DNA of 64,000 nt, from the NCBI GenBank assembly GCA_016748015.1, contig JAAOMT010000597.1, forward strand, positions 62,001 to 126,000, read 5' to 3'. Below the pieces are notes generated by a model. The model saw only the letters and a list, made by a program, of their open reading frames with translations. It was not told the origin of the DNA and made no database searches. Each line of letters begins with the position of its first letter. Position 1 is the first letter of the stretch. This DNA is from Geosiphon pyriformis uo1 (lineage: Eukaryota; Fungi; Glomeromycota). Both the position numbers and the translations under genes were made by a program. Of this stretch, positions 37,791 through 49,958 are shown in pieces.

Positions 37791-39578
37791 ATGAAAAAAA
37801 CTGCTAAAGTTTCTGGTTCTAAGAGTGGTTTTAAGGCAGTTGCATCAAGGAAAAAGAGGAAGGGAGATGCGTTGGCAGAGGGTGTTAATAATAGAGGAGT
37901 TGTTGCTGAAGTTCCTGGTGTTTGTTTATAGGGTTTAGAGACTGGGGACACTATTGAATCTGAAAGTGTTAATATGGAAAAAGAGTGTCTGGTGGAGGAA
38001 ACCAGCTTTGATTATGGTGAAAGTGGAGCTCTGGCTGGTGAAGATTATGATCAGACACCCACAAATTCGAAGATTAAAACCAAAAAGGCATTGGGCAAGC
38101 CATTGGGAAAGATAGACTTCTCAAAAGATGGTAGTAATGATAGTGTTCTCTTAGATGCTCCTCTTGAGCTTCCTCCTCCTGTGAAAAATTTGGTCAATGT
38201 TCCAGTCAGAAAGTTGTTTGCATTGGATATTGGCTTGGATAAGGTGGCCGGCAAATCTTCTCAGGAAAAGCTTGTGGTAGTTAGGAAATTATTTTCTGGA
38301 ATCAATGGTTTTGGGGGGGCATCTACTTCCTTAAAATTCTCAGGGATCATCAGAGTGACATTCACTTCCGAATTGGGTCTAATAAAAGCCACTGAAAAGG
38401 CTACTGGTGCGAATATCATGGTAAACACCGATCTTAAGAGATCAGTTGGTTGCTCAGATTGGGCTGTGATGTTGAAGGAAATTCCAGTTGGAACATCAGC
38501 TGAGGCTGTGTGCACTGTGCTCTTTGAGTTTGGGATAATTAAGTCGATCAAGATGCAATTGGTGGGGCTGTGGCAAAAGACTGTAGTAGAATTTGAGCAA
38601 TCAGATCACACCGATTTGGTCGTGGCAGAGTGGTCAATCTTAATCAGGAAAGATGTTGTGTGGGTGGCTAGATCAGATTTGGACAAAGAATCATGGGACG
38701 CGAGGAACCAGCATAGGGTGCTGCTCTATACTCTGCCACTGGGTACGACTGCTCATAACATCTGGGATTTTATTGGTTTTGTGGGTGGGAAAATGTGTGT
38801 TATTGATCATCATCCGGTTATATATACTAGGGCTAGGTATGCTGTTATCTGTTTTGATTCTGCTGAATCATTAAATGCCATCGTGGGAACCACGCCAGTG
38901 TTGAAGGGCACCAATCTATGCTGGTCTTGTCTTGTTTCGGCCAAGTGTGCCAAGTGTGAGAAATCAGGCCATATGTCATTGGGCTGTGCGATTGGTGGGA
39001 GAGTTTCTTTAGGTTTGTCTTCGTGTAGAGTCCTATCAGACACAGATAAAAGCAGATTGGCAGCCATCTATGCCAAGCGATCAGTTCCAGTTGCTCGTCC
39101 AGTCTCTTTTGGTGGTCTCTCTTGGGCAAAGGTTGCTAGTGAGTCTTCTTTTTCTCCTCTTTCTGAACGAAATGCTTCAGTGAAATCTGGTTCCTCTTCA
39201 GAGATGATGCCGTTCTTGCCGGTTTTGATGGAAGTCAATAATAGGTTTGCTGCTCTTGAGTGCAGTCTTGCCAGCCTCGCAGAGCAGGTGGATAAGCTGG
39301 CTAAGAGGTTGAATGCTCTTGGGCCAATGGTTTCCCAGCCAAGCCCTGGATGTCAGCCATTAGTGACCCTTTCATCACAGAATTAAGGGGTAGATATAGT
39401 GATGAGTGAGAGTTTAGGTGCAGCCACTGGTGGTGAGATTGTTGCAGGAGCAGAGTCTTTTGATGTATCTTTGGTATTCAAGTTGGAAGACAGCATGAAG
39501 TGTCTAATAGAAACAGTTCTGGGACTTTCAGCCAAAGTGGATAGTTTTGGGGCAGGTTCAAATTCCTTTTCTTAATGA
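37791..39578 (+). pseudogene. LINE ORF1 (nucleic-acid-binding, RRM-like segments, CCHC knuckle), with premature stops
   Basis: MKKTAK...RKKRK start is in frame with ORF 37974-39386. CAKCEKSGHMSLGC knuckle and a coiled-coil-like C-terminus. Confidence 0.85.
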
Positions 39579-42500
39579 ACAGTCTGGTTTGGAATATTGC
39601 TACTTGCAACGTCAGAGATATGAACAATCTTGCGAAACAAGACGATGTCATTTGTTGGCATATGGAGAAGAACAATTTAGTTTCTATTTTTACAGAATCA
39701 AAGTTAAAAGAGAAAATTCGCCCCTGGATTGTCAACAAATATGAAGGTGTGTGGGTGTTTACCTCTGGTTTGGAATCTGGATATCTGGGTGCTGGTGTTG
39801 CAGTTGTCATGAATTCTTCTTTGGCAAAACATGTGTGCAAAGTGTCAGAGGTGCCTGGTCAGCTCTTGTCCATTAAGTTACTTTTCAAAAATAAACTTTT
39901 GGTATCTATTCTGGGTCTGTATGCTGGTGCTTCCTCAGTAGTTTGGTTCTCTCAGGCTGGTGAAGTCAACTCTCTCATTGCAAAGACTGTTAATGAATCT
40001 TCCTTCGTTGTTCTTGGTGGTGATTTCAATGAAGATGGTTCTCACAAGTGTACAAGTTTTAAAAAGTGTCTGGATTTGGGTCTGGTTAATGCCTTGGGTG
40101 GGAGCTCCTGCGGGAAATTGTTGACTTGGTCCAATTCTCAGAGTGTTGCTAAGATGATTGATTTTATGTTCATTTCTTCAAATTTGGTCAATGCAGTAGT
40201 GGGTCATGACGTGTTTGGCGTTGGGGAATAATTTGATACTGATCATCAGGCTGTCTCAGTGTTAGTGGGTTTGGGTGGTCTGCTCGATGTTTAGTTGAAT
40301 TCTGTTCGCAAGCAAGCAAATAGAGATTGCTGGAAGTACAATTGCAAAGGTGCGGATGATGTTAAATGAGCCAAATTTAAGGAAGATACAGTGGCAAATG
40401 CTGCTATGTTTTGTGATGATTTTCTTGCAGCCAGGATCCGCTCGGACTTGGATTCGATGTAGGTTGCTCTCCATAAAATGATGTGTCTGTCTGCCGAGGC
40501 AGTTTTCAAGAAAAAGTGGTTTAAGGGATATGATAAAATTTTTAGTAAGGATTCGTCCAAATTTCACAAGCTAGAGCTCTTGGTGTCTAAGTTAGTTAGA
40601 GCATCTCATATGGATTCTGCTGAGGAGTTTGCATCCTTGCTCAACAGGTGGGAAGGTTTGAATTCGGTCAATGCTTCTGTGGTGAAGTCTCTCTTTCTAT
40701 TAGGTTCTCACTTCAATACTATTTGGTCAGTTTTGTCTATGGTCAAAAAGTCTTATCGCGCATCCAAAATGTCGGAAGTGGAGCGAGTTAGGGAATCTCA
40801 AATCAGATCAGCAATAGATAAGAGGATGGAGAGTTTTGAATTGGACAAAAGTCATACTATTAGGAATGTATTGGAACATCCTTTTCACAAAGTAACTTTG
40901 GATCATCTGGTTGTTGATGATGAGTTGGTTTTGGAGCCTGCTCTGGTAAAGGCCAAAGTAGATGCAGTCATGGAAAGATGGACTAGGAAGCGCAATGTAG
41001 TTTCTGATGTTACTGGTGTCTGGAATCGCCAATATCAGCCTTTAGAGTATGTTTTTGATGACGCTTTTTCTGGTGTAATGAGCTTAATTGATTTTGATGA
41101 GATGTCTAATGTCATTTCGAACCTGCCTGATAGAAAAACAGCTGGTCTCTTTAGTATCTTGAATGAGTTGTGGAAACATTGCGACAAATCAGTTTTGGAT
41201 ATGCTTTTAGTGCTTTTGAATGTTTGCTTGGAGTGTGAATCTGTTCCTGGGCCTTAGAAAGAGGCTTGGGTGTCGATGATCCCCAAACCATATGAGTGGG
41301 AGGGTGTTCTCACGAATACCCGTCCTATTGCTTTGGTTGAGACGGCTCGCAAAATCCTTTCTAAAGTGCTTTCGAACAGAATTTCATTAGCTTGTAGTGT
41401 TTTTGACATTCTAAGGGAGGATAATTTTTCTGTTTTAAAAGGCACGACCATACAGTCTCCTATTTTCGCTATTGGATCAGTCATTGAGGATGCTTTGGAG
41501 AAGAACCGAGAGCTGTGGCTGGTCTTGCAGGACATGCGAAAGACTTATAATTCAGTTGGCTGGGAGCATCTGAGAAAGAGCTTGGTCAGAATAAAAATGT
41601 GTAACAAATTCATTTGGTTTTTTGGTAGTATCCACAATGATTAAGTCAACAGAGTTATAACGGATTTTGGGTTGACTGATGGATATCAGATACATGATGG
41701 TTTGGATCAAGGGGAGGTGTTTTCTCCTCTTTTCTGGTGCATATTTTATGATCCTCTTTTGTGTGAAGTCAAGAGACAAGAAAGTATATATGGATACAGG
41801 TTAGACTCTCATTTTGTTGTCAATACTGGTCGCACTGAATCTCGGACTGGTTTGACTTCTTTCCTCACTGCTGGTGTTTTCGTCAATGATACGATTTGGA
41901 TTGGTAGCAGGCAGGCTGCCACTCAACATATTCTCAATGTTGCTAGTGAGTTTTTTTGAGTCAATGACATTTTGATCAATAATGACAAAACGGTGGCCAT
42001 TCCCATTAATTGTAGAGTTTCCAGCCCTTATTTGTTGATCAGTGGTTTGCCTATTTTGATAGCCAAAAAGAGGGAGCCTCATCGGTACCTGGGTATCTTT
42101 CTGTCTACTGAAGGTTTGTCAAAGCCTAGCTTGGCTAAGGCATGCTTGGATGTCCAATTTTTCACCAATCTTGTTCTGAGAAAGACTATCTCTGATAAGC
42201 AGTTCTCGTATTTGGTGTCAGCGGTTCTTCACCCCATAATTGCCTACAGGACTCAGTTTAGTTTTGTTCCTATTAGTGTGTGTATGAAATGGGATGCTAT
42301 GATTCTTAAAGGTTTGAAGTCCAAACCTGGCTTGCCACTCAACTTTCTCAATGATGCTATTCATTATTCTTTTCTGTACGGGTTGAAATCTTTTGAGCAG
42401 GTTCAGGCTAAGAGCAAGTCAGCTGCTGTTGTTTGTTTTGCCAATTCTGTGGGTATTTTGGGCTGCCTGTTCACGCATAGGTCTCATGATTTACAGGTTC

Positions 42501-44263
42501 TCAGCTGGCACTCTCGTCACCCCCTGCTTTTCCCTTTTCGTATTAATGTCAGTCCTTTGAATAATTTTTTGGCTGGTGTCGTCCAGATTTTTTTGGGTTG
42601 TGACCTTTCTCTGGGTGGTTTCGTGACCAATGTTTTTCGTTTTTAAAAGGGGACCCCAATGTCTATTGTTCTTGGTGAGTTAGCTTTTTATAAATATGTC
42701 TCTTCGCTTCGACAATATGGAATTGTCTTTGTTGAGCAGCTTCACAATCGAACTGGTTCTGTTTTCAAATGGAGGACTTTTAAGCGGTGGAAGAGACTGG
42801 ACCTTCGGAGTCCAATTCCTGATTGGTTCAATGCTGCTGTTCACTTTTTGTCTGGTTCTGGGTCATTTCCCGTTTGTTCTTTTTTGCCACTGAATGTTGA
42901 CTCGTCTAACGTACTTGAGTCTTGCAAGTTTAATGTTGTTTGCAATCACTTGTTGGAGGTTGATTCTGATTGCCTTTCTCTGTTTATGGATGGTTCTCTG
43001 TGTGGGCTGGGTACTCTTGGTATGAAGGCTGGCACCACTGTTTTTTTTGAGGACATTGATTTGGGTTTAGGTGTGGAAGTTTCTGGTTTGGTTTCTTTTA
43101 CCATGATGGAGCTGCAGGCCATTGCTTTGGCCCTAGAGTGTGTCCCTCCTTCTCGTTCGGTTAATCTGTTTTCAGACAGCCAGGCCGCTTTGGATGCATG
43201 CAGGTCAGAGTTAATGTTGGGGTGTCCAAATTTCAGAAATCACTGTTGGGTCAAACACTGCCATATTTCTAATGTCATTCGTCACAAAAATTTGGATGTT
43301 AATTGGATTAAAGTTAGAGGTCACTCTGGAGTCTTGGGCAATGAGCGTGTTGACACTTTGGCTAGGGCTGCTGTGTCTTCTGGTGTGCATCTTCCTCACA
43401 GAATCGATGAACATTTTCTCAAGGCTGGCGGTACTGTGGTTTTTGGTAATTCTAGGCATTTTGTTCATGGTGTTTTTTATTCTATTCACCATGCATATTG
43501 GGAGGTCAGTTCTGGTTCTCGGGTATTGGTGGACAGTCTACGTGCTGATGTTGATTGGTTCAGGTCATGTTCGGTGTGGCATCCGGACTCTCATTTGGCC
43601 ACTGGTTTTACTAGTGCTCATACTGCTGATTCTCGGACGTATTTTATAAAGGCATTGCATCATCGTCTTTCTGTTGCTGTGCGAAAGTAACTTTACGATA
43701 AGGGGTACCCCAGTGTGATGTGTTTGTTTTGCGGCAATGTTGAAATTTCAGATTATGTGTTTTTGTGCCCGTTCAATGCTGGTGATCGTGCTCGGTTGAT
43801 GAATGCTCATGCATCTGTTTGGGAAACGTGCTCAGGTTTATCTCACTCGATTTCATGTGTTTCGCAGTCGCTTTCTGCTTGCATTTCCAATGCTGTTGTT
43901 GGTGCGGCTATATATAAGGGCTTTGTTTTCAATGAGTGGTATCATGAATCTTTTTCTGTTTTCAAGAACTCTAAAACGGCGGCTCAGAATATCGTGACAT
44001 TTGTGTGTGATTTCTGTCTTGCATTCCGAGATGATATTTGGCTAGTTCATGCAAAACACAGAGCTGTTATGAAGAAGGGTGGCTTGATCCCACGTGATGG
44101 TTCTATTTCTGTCTCGGTTTCTGGTCTTCCTTCGGTACTCTCGTCCAGTGTGGTTAGATTATTGGGTATTGCTGATGCAATTGATATTGGTTTTGGGTTT
44201 CGTAAATCTAGTTTATTCTTTTCAGGTGTAGGTAACTTGGTTTCGGTGTATATAGGTGCCTAG
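39575..44263 (+). pseudogene. LINE ORF2 (APE endonuclease, RT, RNase H, C-terminal Cys region); one frame, several stops
   Basis: TCNVR, GGDFN, IDF and TDH (APE); RPIAL, QDMRKTYNSV, GLDQGEVFSP and FVNDT (RT); MDGS, ELQA, SDSQ and GHSGVLGNERVD (RNase H). All seven ORF pieces are in the same frame. Confidence 0.95.
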
Positions 44264-45029
44264 TGTTGTCCTGACTAGTCTGAATAGCTGGTCACGTGTA
44301 GAAAGAGCATGATTCATGTCTAGTTTAGATTATTTGTATGATGTATTGTACTAGGTAGTGTTTGGACCTCACTCGTTAAATTAAAAAAAAAAAAATAACC
44401 AATAATATTATTGTATATAACTTTATAATAACAATTAATTATATTATAATATAAAATTAAAAATTATTTACAAATTTTATTAAATTTATAAAAAAATTTT
44501 AATATTAATTTGTTTTAATAAAATATTTTAAGATTTTTTATTGTATTTTAACTTTAAATATATATTTAACTTAATAAAAAAAATTATTATTAATATATTA
44601 ATATTAATTTTTATAATATAATTACAAATAATAATTATTATTATAATTATAATTAAAACAAAGAATAAAAAAGTTTTAAATATTATTTTTCTTATAGTAA
44701 TTAATAAAATTTCAACAAAAAAAAAGTTTTTTATTGTTAAAACAATTAAAATAAATGTTTTAACAATATTTTTTTAAATATTAATAGTAAAAATATGCTT
44801 ATAATAATTTTTATAGTATTTTTTTTATTTTTGACTAGTGGTTTCTTTTTAATTAAAATTTTTTTAAAAAACACATTAAGATTAATTTTAATATTACTTT
44901 TATTTTTTTTAAGAGTCTTAAAATTTTTAATAATAAATCAATTAACAAACTGGTTTTTTTTATTTTTATTATCAATATTATTATTATTTTTTTGTAAATA
45001 AACAAAAAAATTAAAGACTTAAAAAACAG

Positions 45030-48000
45030 CAACTGTTATTAATATTTGTTATTATTATATTAAATACTGTTACTTGATAAAAATTAACAAAAATCAAAAA
45101 TAATATTATTATAATATATTAATTAATTATTAAATAATAATATAAATAGCACAGATTAATAAATAAAATTAGAAAACATAACATATATATAATAGTGTAA
45201 AATGTGTATACAATAGTGTACAAAATATACACAAATATATCTAATTTAACATAATTATAAACAAGTAAGCCAAGAGATATTTACAGTTAAACAAAAGACC
45301 CAATAGCTTAGTAATTATTTATTAATCAGTTAAAATAGATACAATTATATATAACTCGAAATATATATATATAATAGCTTTTTAACTAGAAAAAAACAAA
45401 CAAAAAAAGAAAATAATAAAAAACAAAAAATCAATTAGATTAAAACAAAGGAAAAATAATAAAATTGAATTATAATTTTAAGAAAAACTGAACAATATGT
45501 CTTTTAAGCTTTGTATTATTTACTGATACTAAAATCAATAGAATTAAAAATCTTTTTTTTTTATAATCTGGTCTTTTACAAACAACTAAAAAGACTATTA
45601 ACTTCCTTTCTATTATTGCTTTTTTATTAAAAAAAAACAATAATAAAAACATCTAATACATCAACAAAAGCACAAATAAAATCCAAGCTTAACAAAATTG
45701 AAAACACATTAAAAAAATATTGAATACATAAAATCACTTAGAAAATACTTGTAATATCTTGGCCAAAATCAACAATTAACTTAAAAATTCGAAATGAGTT
45801 CTCTATATCTTTGAAAAAATAATCTCTAATTAAGATTATTTTATAAATACTAATTTTGTTGAATTCTAACTTTTTATTTTAATTATCTTTAAATTTATTA
45901 AAAATAAGATACTGTTTTACTACAAGTGAAAAAATACAGACATCTAATATTAGTACAAGATAAAAAAAGTATTTTTGCAAGAGTCTCAAAGAAAAATACA
46001 ATTAAAAATATAAGAATATAATAAAAATTCTCTTTGAAAAACTAGCATAGTAGTAACTACCAACAGCAATTTTAACAGAAATATTATATCATATACTAAA
46101 TTAAATAACAAAAACATTCACTCTTTTACAAAAAGAAAAAATAAAAACAATTAAAAAGAAGAAATTATTTAATATTTGTTAAAAAGTTAAGAAAACTTAC
46201 CAAGTTAATCTTCAAATCTTTAAATAAAAAAATAGTTATAATATATTAAATAAAAATTCAACATAAATCAAAAGTAATGCTAATTAAGACTAATATGTTT
46301 ATTCTTATATTAAAATTAAATAATTTATTATATTATTGCTTAATTTAAAAAACCATAGAAATTAATTATAGTATGATTACTAAAGATTAGAATAAACACT
46401 CATAATATTTGGTGCTCACTCCAAGGTTCAATTTTAATTTATTTAAGCCAGTTAAATTTTAACAATAATTAATTGCATAAATTAATAGATTAAAGTAGCA
46501 AAAATAACAATAATCACTAATTTTTTTAGCCAAAACCTATATTATTAATTTTAAAAAAGATTGAAATTACCTGATAATTTTTTTCTAATTGAATCAATTT
46601 TTAATTACTATATGTACTATTAAATTCAATACTTACTTGGACAAGATTTAAAACTCCAAGAACAAAAACAAAGTCTATATCTGAAATTAACTTATCATAT
46701 CACAATTTAATACACAATTATTTTCAATAATTCTAGTATAAATACACTAAAAAATCGAGAAATATGCCTAGAAAAGTTTTTTACTTACCTTTAATAAAAA
46801 CAAAAAAAATAACAATAACCAAGATAACCAATTAAAAATCTCAGTATCAACATTTTATTAAAATATTATGAATCAACAACAAACTCTAATTCCATTATCT
46901 AAAAAAATTTTAAATTATATTACCAAAAGCTCTATTTTATTATTTGTCACCAAATAACCAAACTAGTATATTACTAGGAACCATGTTTTTATCTATTACA
47001 AAAACAACTCACAAACTTCTAATTATGTCCACATCTTATTTAAAGAAAATTTTTTTGAAAAACTCATTCTAAAGAAATATTTGTCATAATTTTTAAACTC
47101 ATCTTCTTCACAACCAAACTTTTAGGCCACTTGAGAATCTAAGCCTAAATTTAAACCAAAATTTGAGTGTAAACATAACCAAAAAAACAGAATACCAGAA
47201 GAAAAAAAAAATCATCAAGCAAATTAAAACCAAAACCAATAGCTTTTTTTGTTCAAATATCTGTAAATTCTTAAGAAATAACCACTTCTTATATTACAAA
47301 ATTAACCAACTTTATTGAAAAAAAAATGTTTATACTTGAATTAAAGAAGCACAAAAAGCAATTTTAGTAAATAATTAGAATAAAAACCACAGTCTTTAGA
47401 TTTTATTATTCTTTTTAAAAAACATAGCTAACTTTTGGTATTAAAATCAGAATTCCAAATCCAACATTTTTGCATGGTTTTAAACCACATTTTTAGAATA
47501 TTTTTGCAACCCTAATACTATTATCAAACTCTAAAATAGATTCAGTACTATTAAACAACAGTTTAATAAAACAGTGACTAAATATTTTGGTAGATTTAAT
47601 TATGTTTTACAACAAATTAGAGCCATAAAAAACAACTATTACACAGTTTTTCAGATCTTTAATCAGTTTTTAAGAAGATTAAGAAGTAGCATCTTAAAAC
47701 AAATAAGATTACAACATTCAAGAAATTTACTTTAAGCTATTATATTGGCTTGAAATATTGAGTCAGCCAAAAAAGAAGCCAACTACAATAAAATAGTAAA
47801 CTTGGTAATAAATAATAGTAACAACAAAAAATTAGAAGACAAAATTACTTAATTCAAGAAAAAATTATCTCAAAAAATAAAAAATTATCTTGTTAAGCCA
47901 CAAATACCAAATTAATATCAACTACTACAACAGTAAAACCAAACATCTTTCCAAAATTACAGCTATTAAAACCCAAATAAGAACCAACAAAATATACTAA

Positions 48001-48518
48001 CATGTTATTATTGTTAAAAGTACAAACATATTAAAGCCAAATATTAATTACTGCAGTTTTATTAAAATTTGCAAAAAAACAATTTGTAAAATCTACTTTC
48101 TGACAATTAATACATAATATCTTAGAATTAATACTCAGTATTAATTTAATAGTATTTTTAATAATAATTATTATGACAACAAGATCTGGTTTAGTCATAA
48201 TGCTCAGTTCTATTACAACAATTATGACAAGCACCAACTTTCAAACTATATCTTCAGAACTTAAATTCAAAAAAATTATTTACTTCCAAATTCAAACTCT
48301 TTGGATCAATTAATAGTAAATGCAACAATATTACAAAACTCAAGTCAAAATAATAATAAATAATATAATACATCTATATATTATTAACAAACATTTTAAT
48401 TTACTTAAATCACAAAATTTTTATAACATAATATCTTACAAAGATCAAAATATTACCATTATTAAAAGTCTTATTATTAATATTAGTAAAAGTATTAGCA
48501 CAATTTTTCCATAACTAT
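45030..48518 (+). mobile_element. Heavily decayed LTR element G (5' LTR ending 46407, PBS at 46410, gag, start of protease); left boundary uncertain
   Basis: CATAA(T)A-TT-TGGTGCTCACTCCAAGGTTC junction. Gag relics YITKLTNF (~47290) and QIFNQFLRRLRSSILKQ (~47652), and knuckle CYYC...H (~48002). Confidence 0.7.
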
Positions 48519-49958
48519 TGTTACCAATAGAATTTTAACTATTAATTAGCATGAAATTATTCTTATAATTTTTATTATTAATTAGCATATACTATTATTA
48601 TTTCAATTATCACTTATTATTTAATCAAATTATCAAATATTATCACTCAATTAATAACTCAATTTGTACTATAAAAATTAAAATGATCAAATTACACAAT
48701 ACCCTAAACCATTTAATATAGTCAAAATTCGCCGAAATTAATGAAAATTGGCCGAAATAATTGATAGTTTGTAGAAATAACTTGTAGTTTATCAAAATGT
48801 ATCTTTAGTTTACTGAAATTAAAGCAAAAAGAAAAATGCAAGTTTAAAGATTAATACTACAACAAGTTGTATAAAAGAAAAGCTTTTTTCTTCAAGAAAA
48901 TATATCTTCTTATAGTATTTTATCATAGTATTTTACTTTAGATATCTTAATTAGAACAAATCACTTTTTATACATTTCAAATAAAAATTAAATATTCGAA
49001 AACCAAATTTTTTAAATTATTACACTTGAAATTCCCTTAACACAACTAACATTTTAAAATTAATTAGCTACCAATTTCAGTAATCTGTTAGTAACTTCAG
49101 GCCTAAATAGAAAACGTTTCCCTTGATACAATTCTATTTCTTTTACATTTCTTTTACATTTCTTTTATTTTTCTTTTATTTTCTTATTATAATCATTAGG
49201 GTAGCCTACAGATAAAATTTCTGTAGAAGAGTTGGCTTTTACAGCAAAGTAACTACACATTTTTAGTGAGCTTTTAGACAAGCAATTCCTGAGAAAGAGT
49301 TGATGTTTACTACAACATAACTACATAAAACAACTGGCATAGAATTGGCTATTCCACTTATAAGCCCAGCAGTTCAAATTATAAAAGATAATTTGAAAAT
49401 AAATTCAGTTATTTGAGGTTCAACTGCTTCCAGAAAACATGAAATTAGCAACAGACAGACATTAACAACATTCAAGAAAAAGAGACCAAAAACCTCCAGT
49501 AATATTTGGTGCTCTTTCATAAAAATAATACAGCAACAACAAATTCAAAGTGGTAATCACACCAGACACAACAACTCTAGAATATTATCAGTCAATTTAC
49601 ACTCACTACAAGCAAAAATTCAACATTCAAGACGGAATTAAAATTTTCAAAAAATCATTATATCAATACATTGAAAACCACATCAACAATTATTTTTTTG
49701 GAAACCACAACATTTCAAAAGTTAGAAACAATCTCTACAATAATTTATTACACTATTCACAATTGGGAACTAAAAACCTAAACAGTGAAATACTTGTTAC
49801 CTACTTCCAAGAACTTAATTTTAATATTATTTAGTATTGTGAAAAAAAATACTCAGTACAATCCAAATACTTTGTTGATTTTGAATCAGAACCAGAAAAC
49901 AGCAACAACAAAAAACAGAAGAAGAAAATTTGAGTTAGCCATATAACTCACAACACAT
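48519..49958 (+). mobile_element. LTR element C, 5' part (LTR 48519-49504, PBS, Gag N-terminus); interrupted by D
   Basis: The LTR is a diverged direct repeat of 61448-62435. ORF 49550-49834 matches 62481-62800. Confidence 0.9.

Larger units (their letters stand above)
37656..44395 (+). mobile_element. Full-length non-LTR retrotransposon (LINE) with ORF1, ORF2 (APE-RT-RNase H) and poly(A) tail
   Basis: Two long decayed frames, a ~120-nt 3' UTR shared with three other copies, and an A-tail at 44383-44395. Inserted into an A-run. Confidence 0.95.

Noticed and set aside
38051-43649. Antisense and alternative-frame ORFs over the LINE, and similar ORFs over the LTR elements
   Set aside because: Shadow frames of transposon coding sequence, with no independent motifs.
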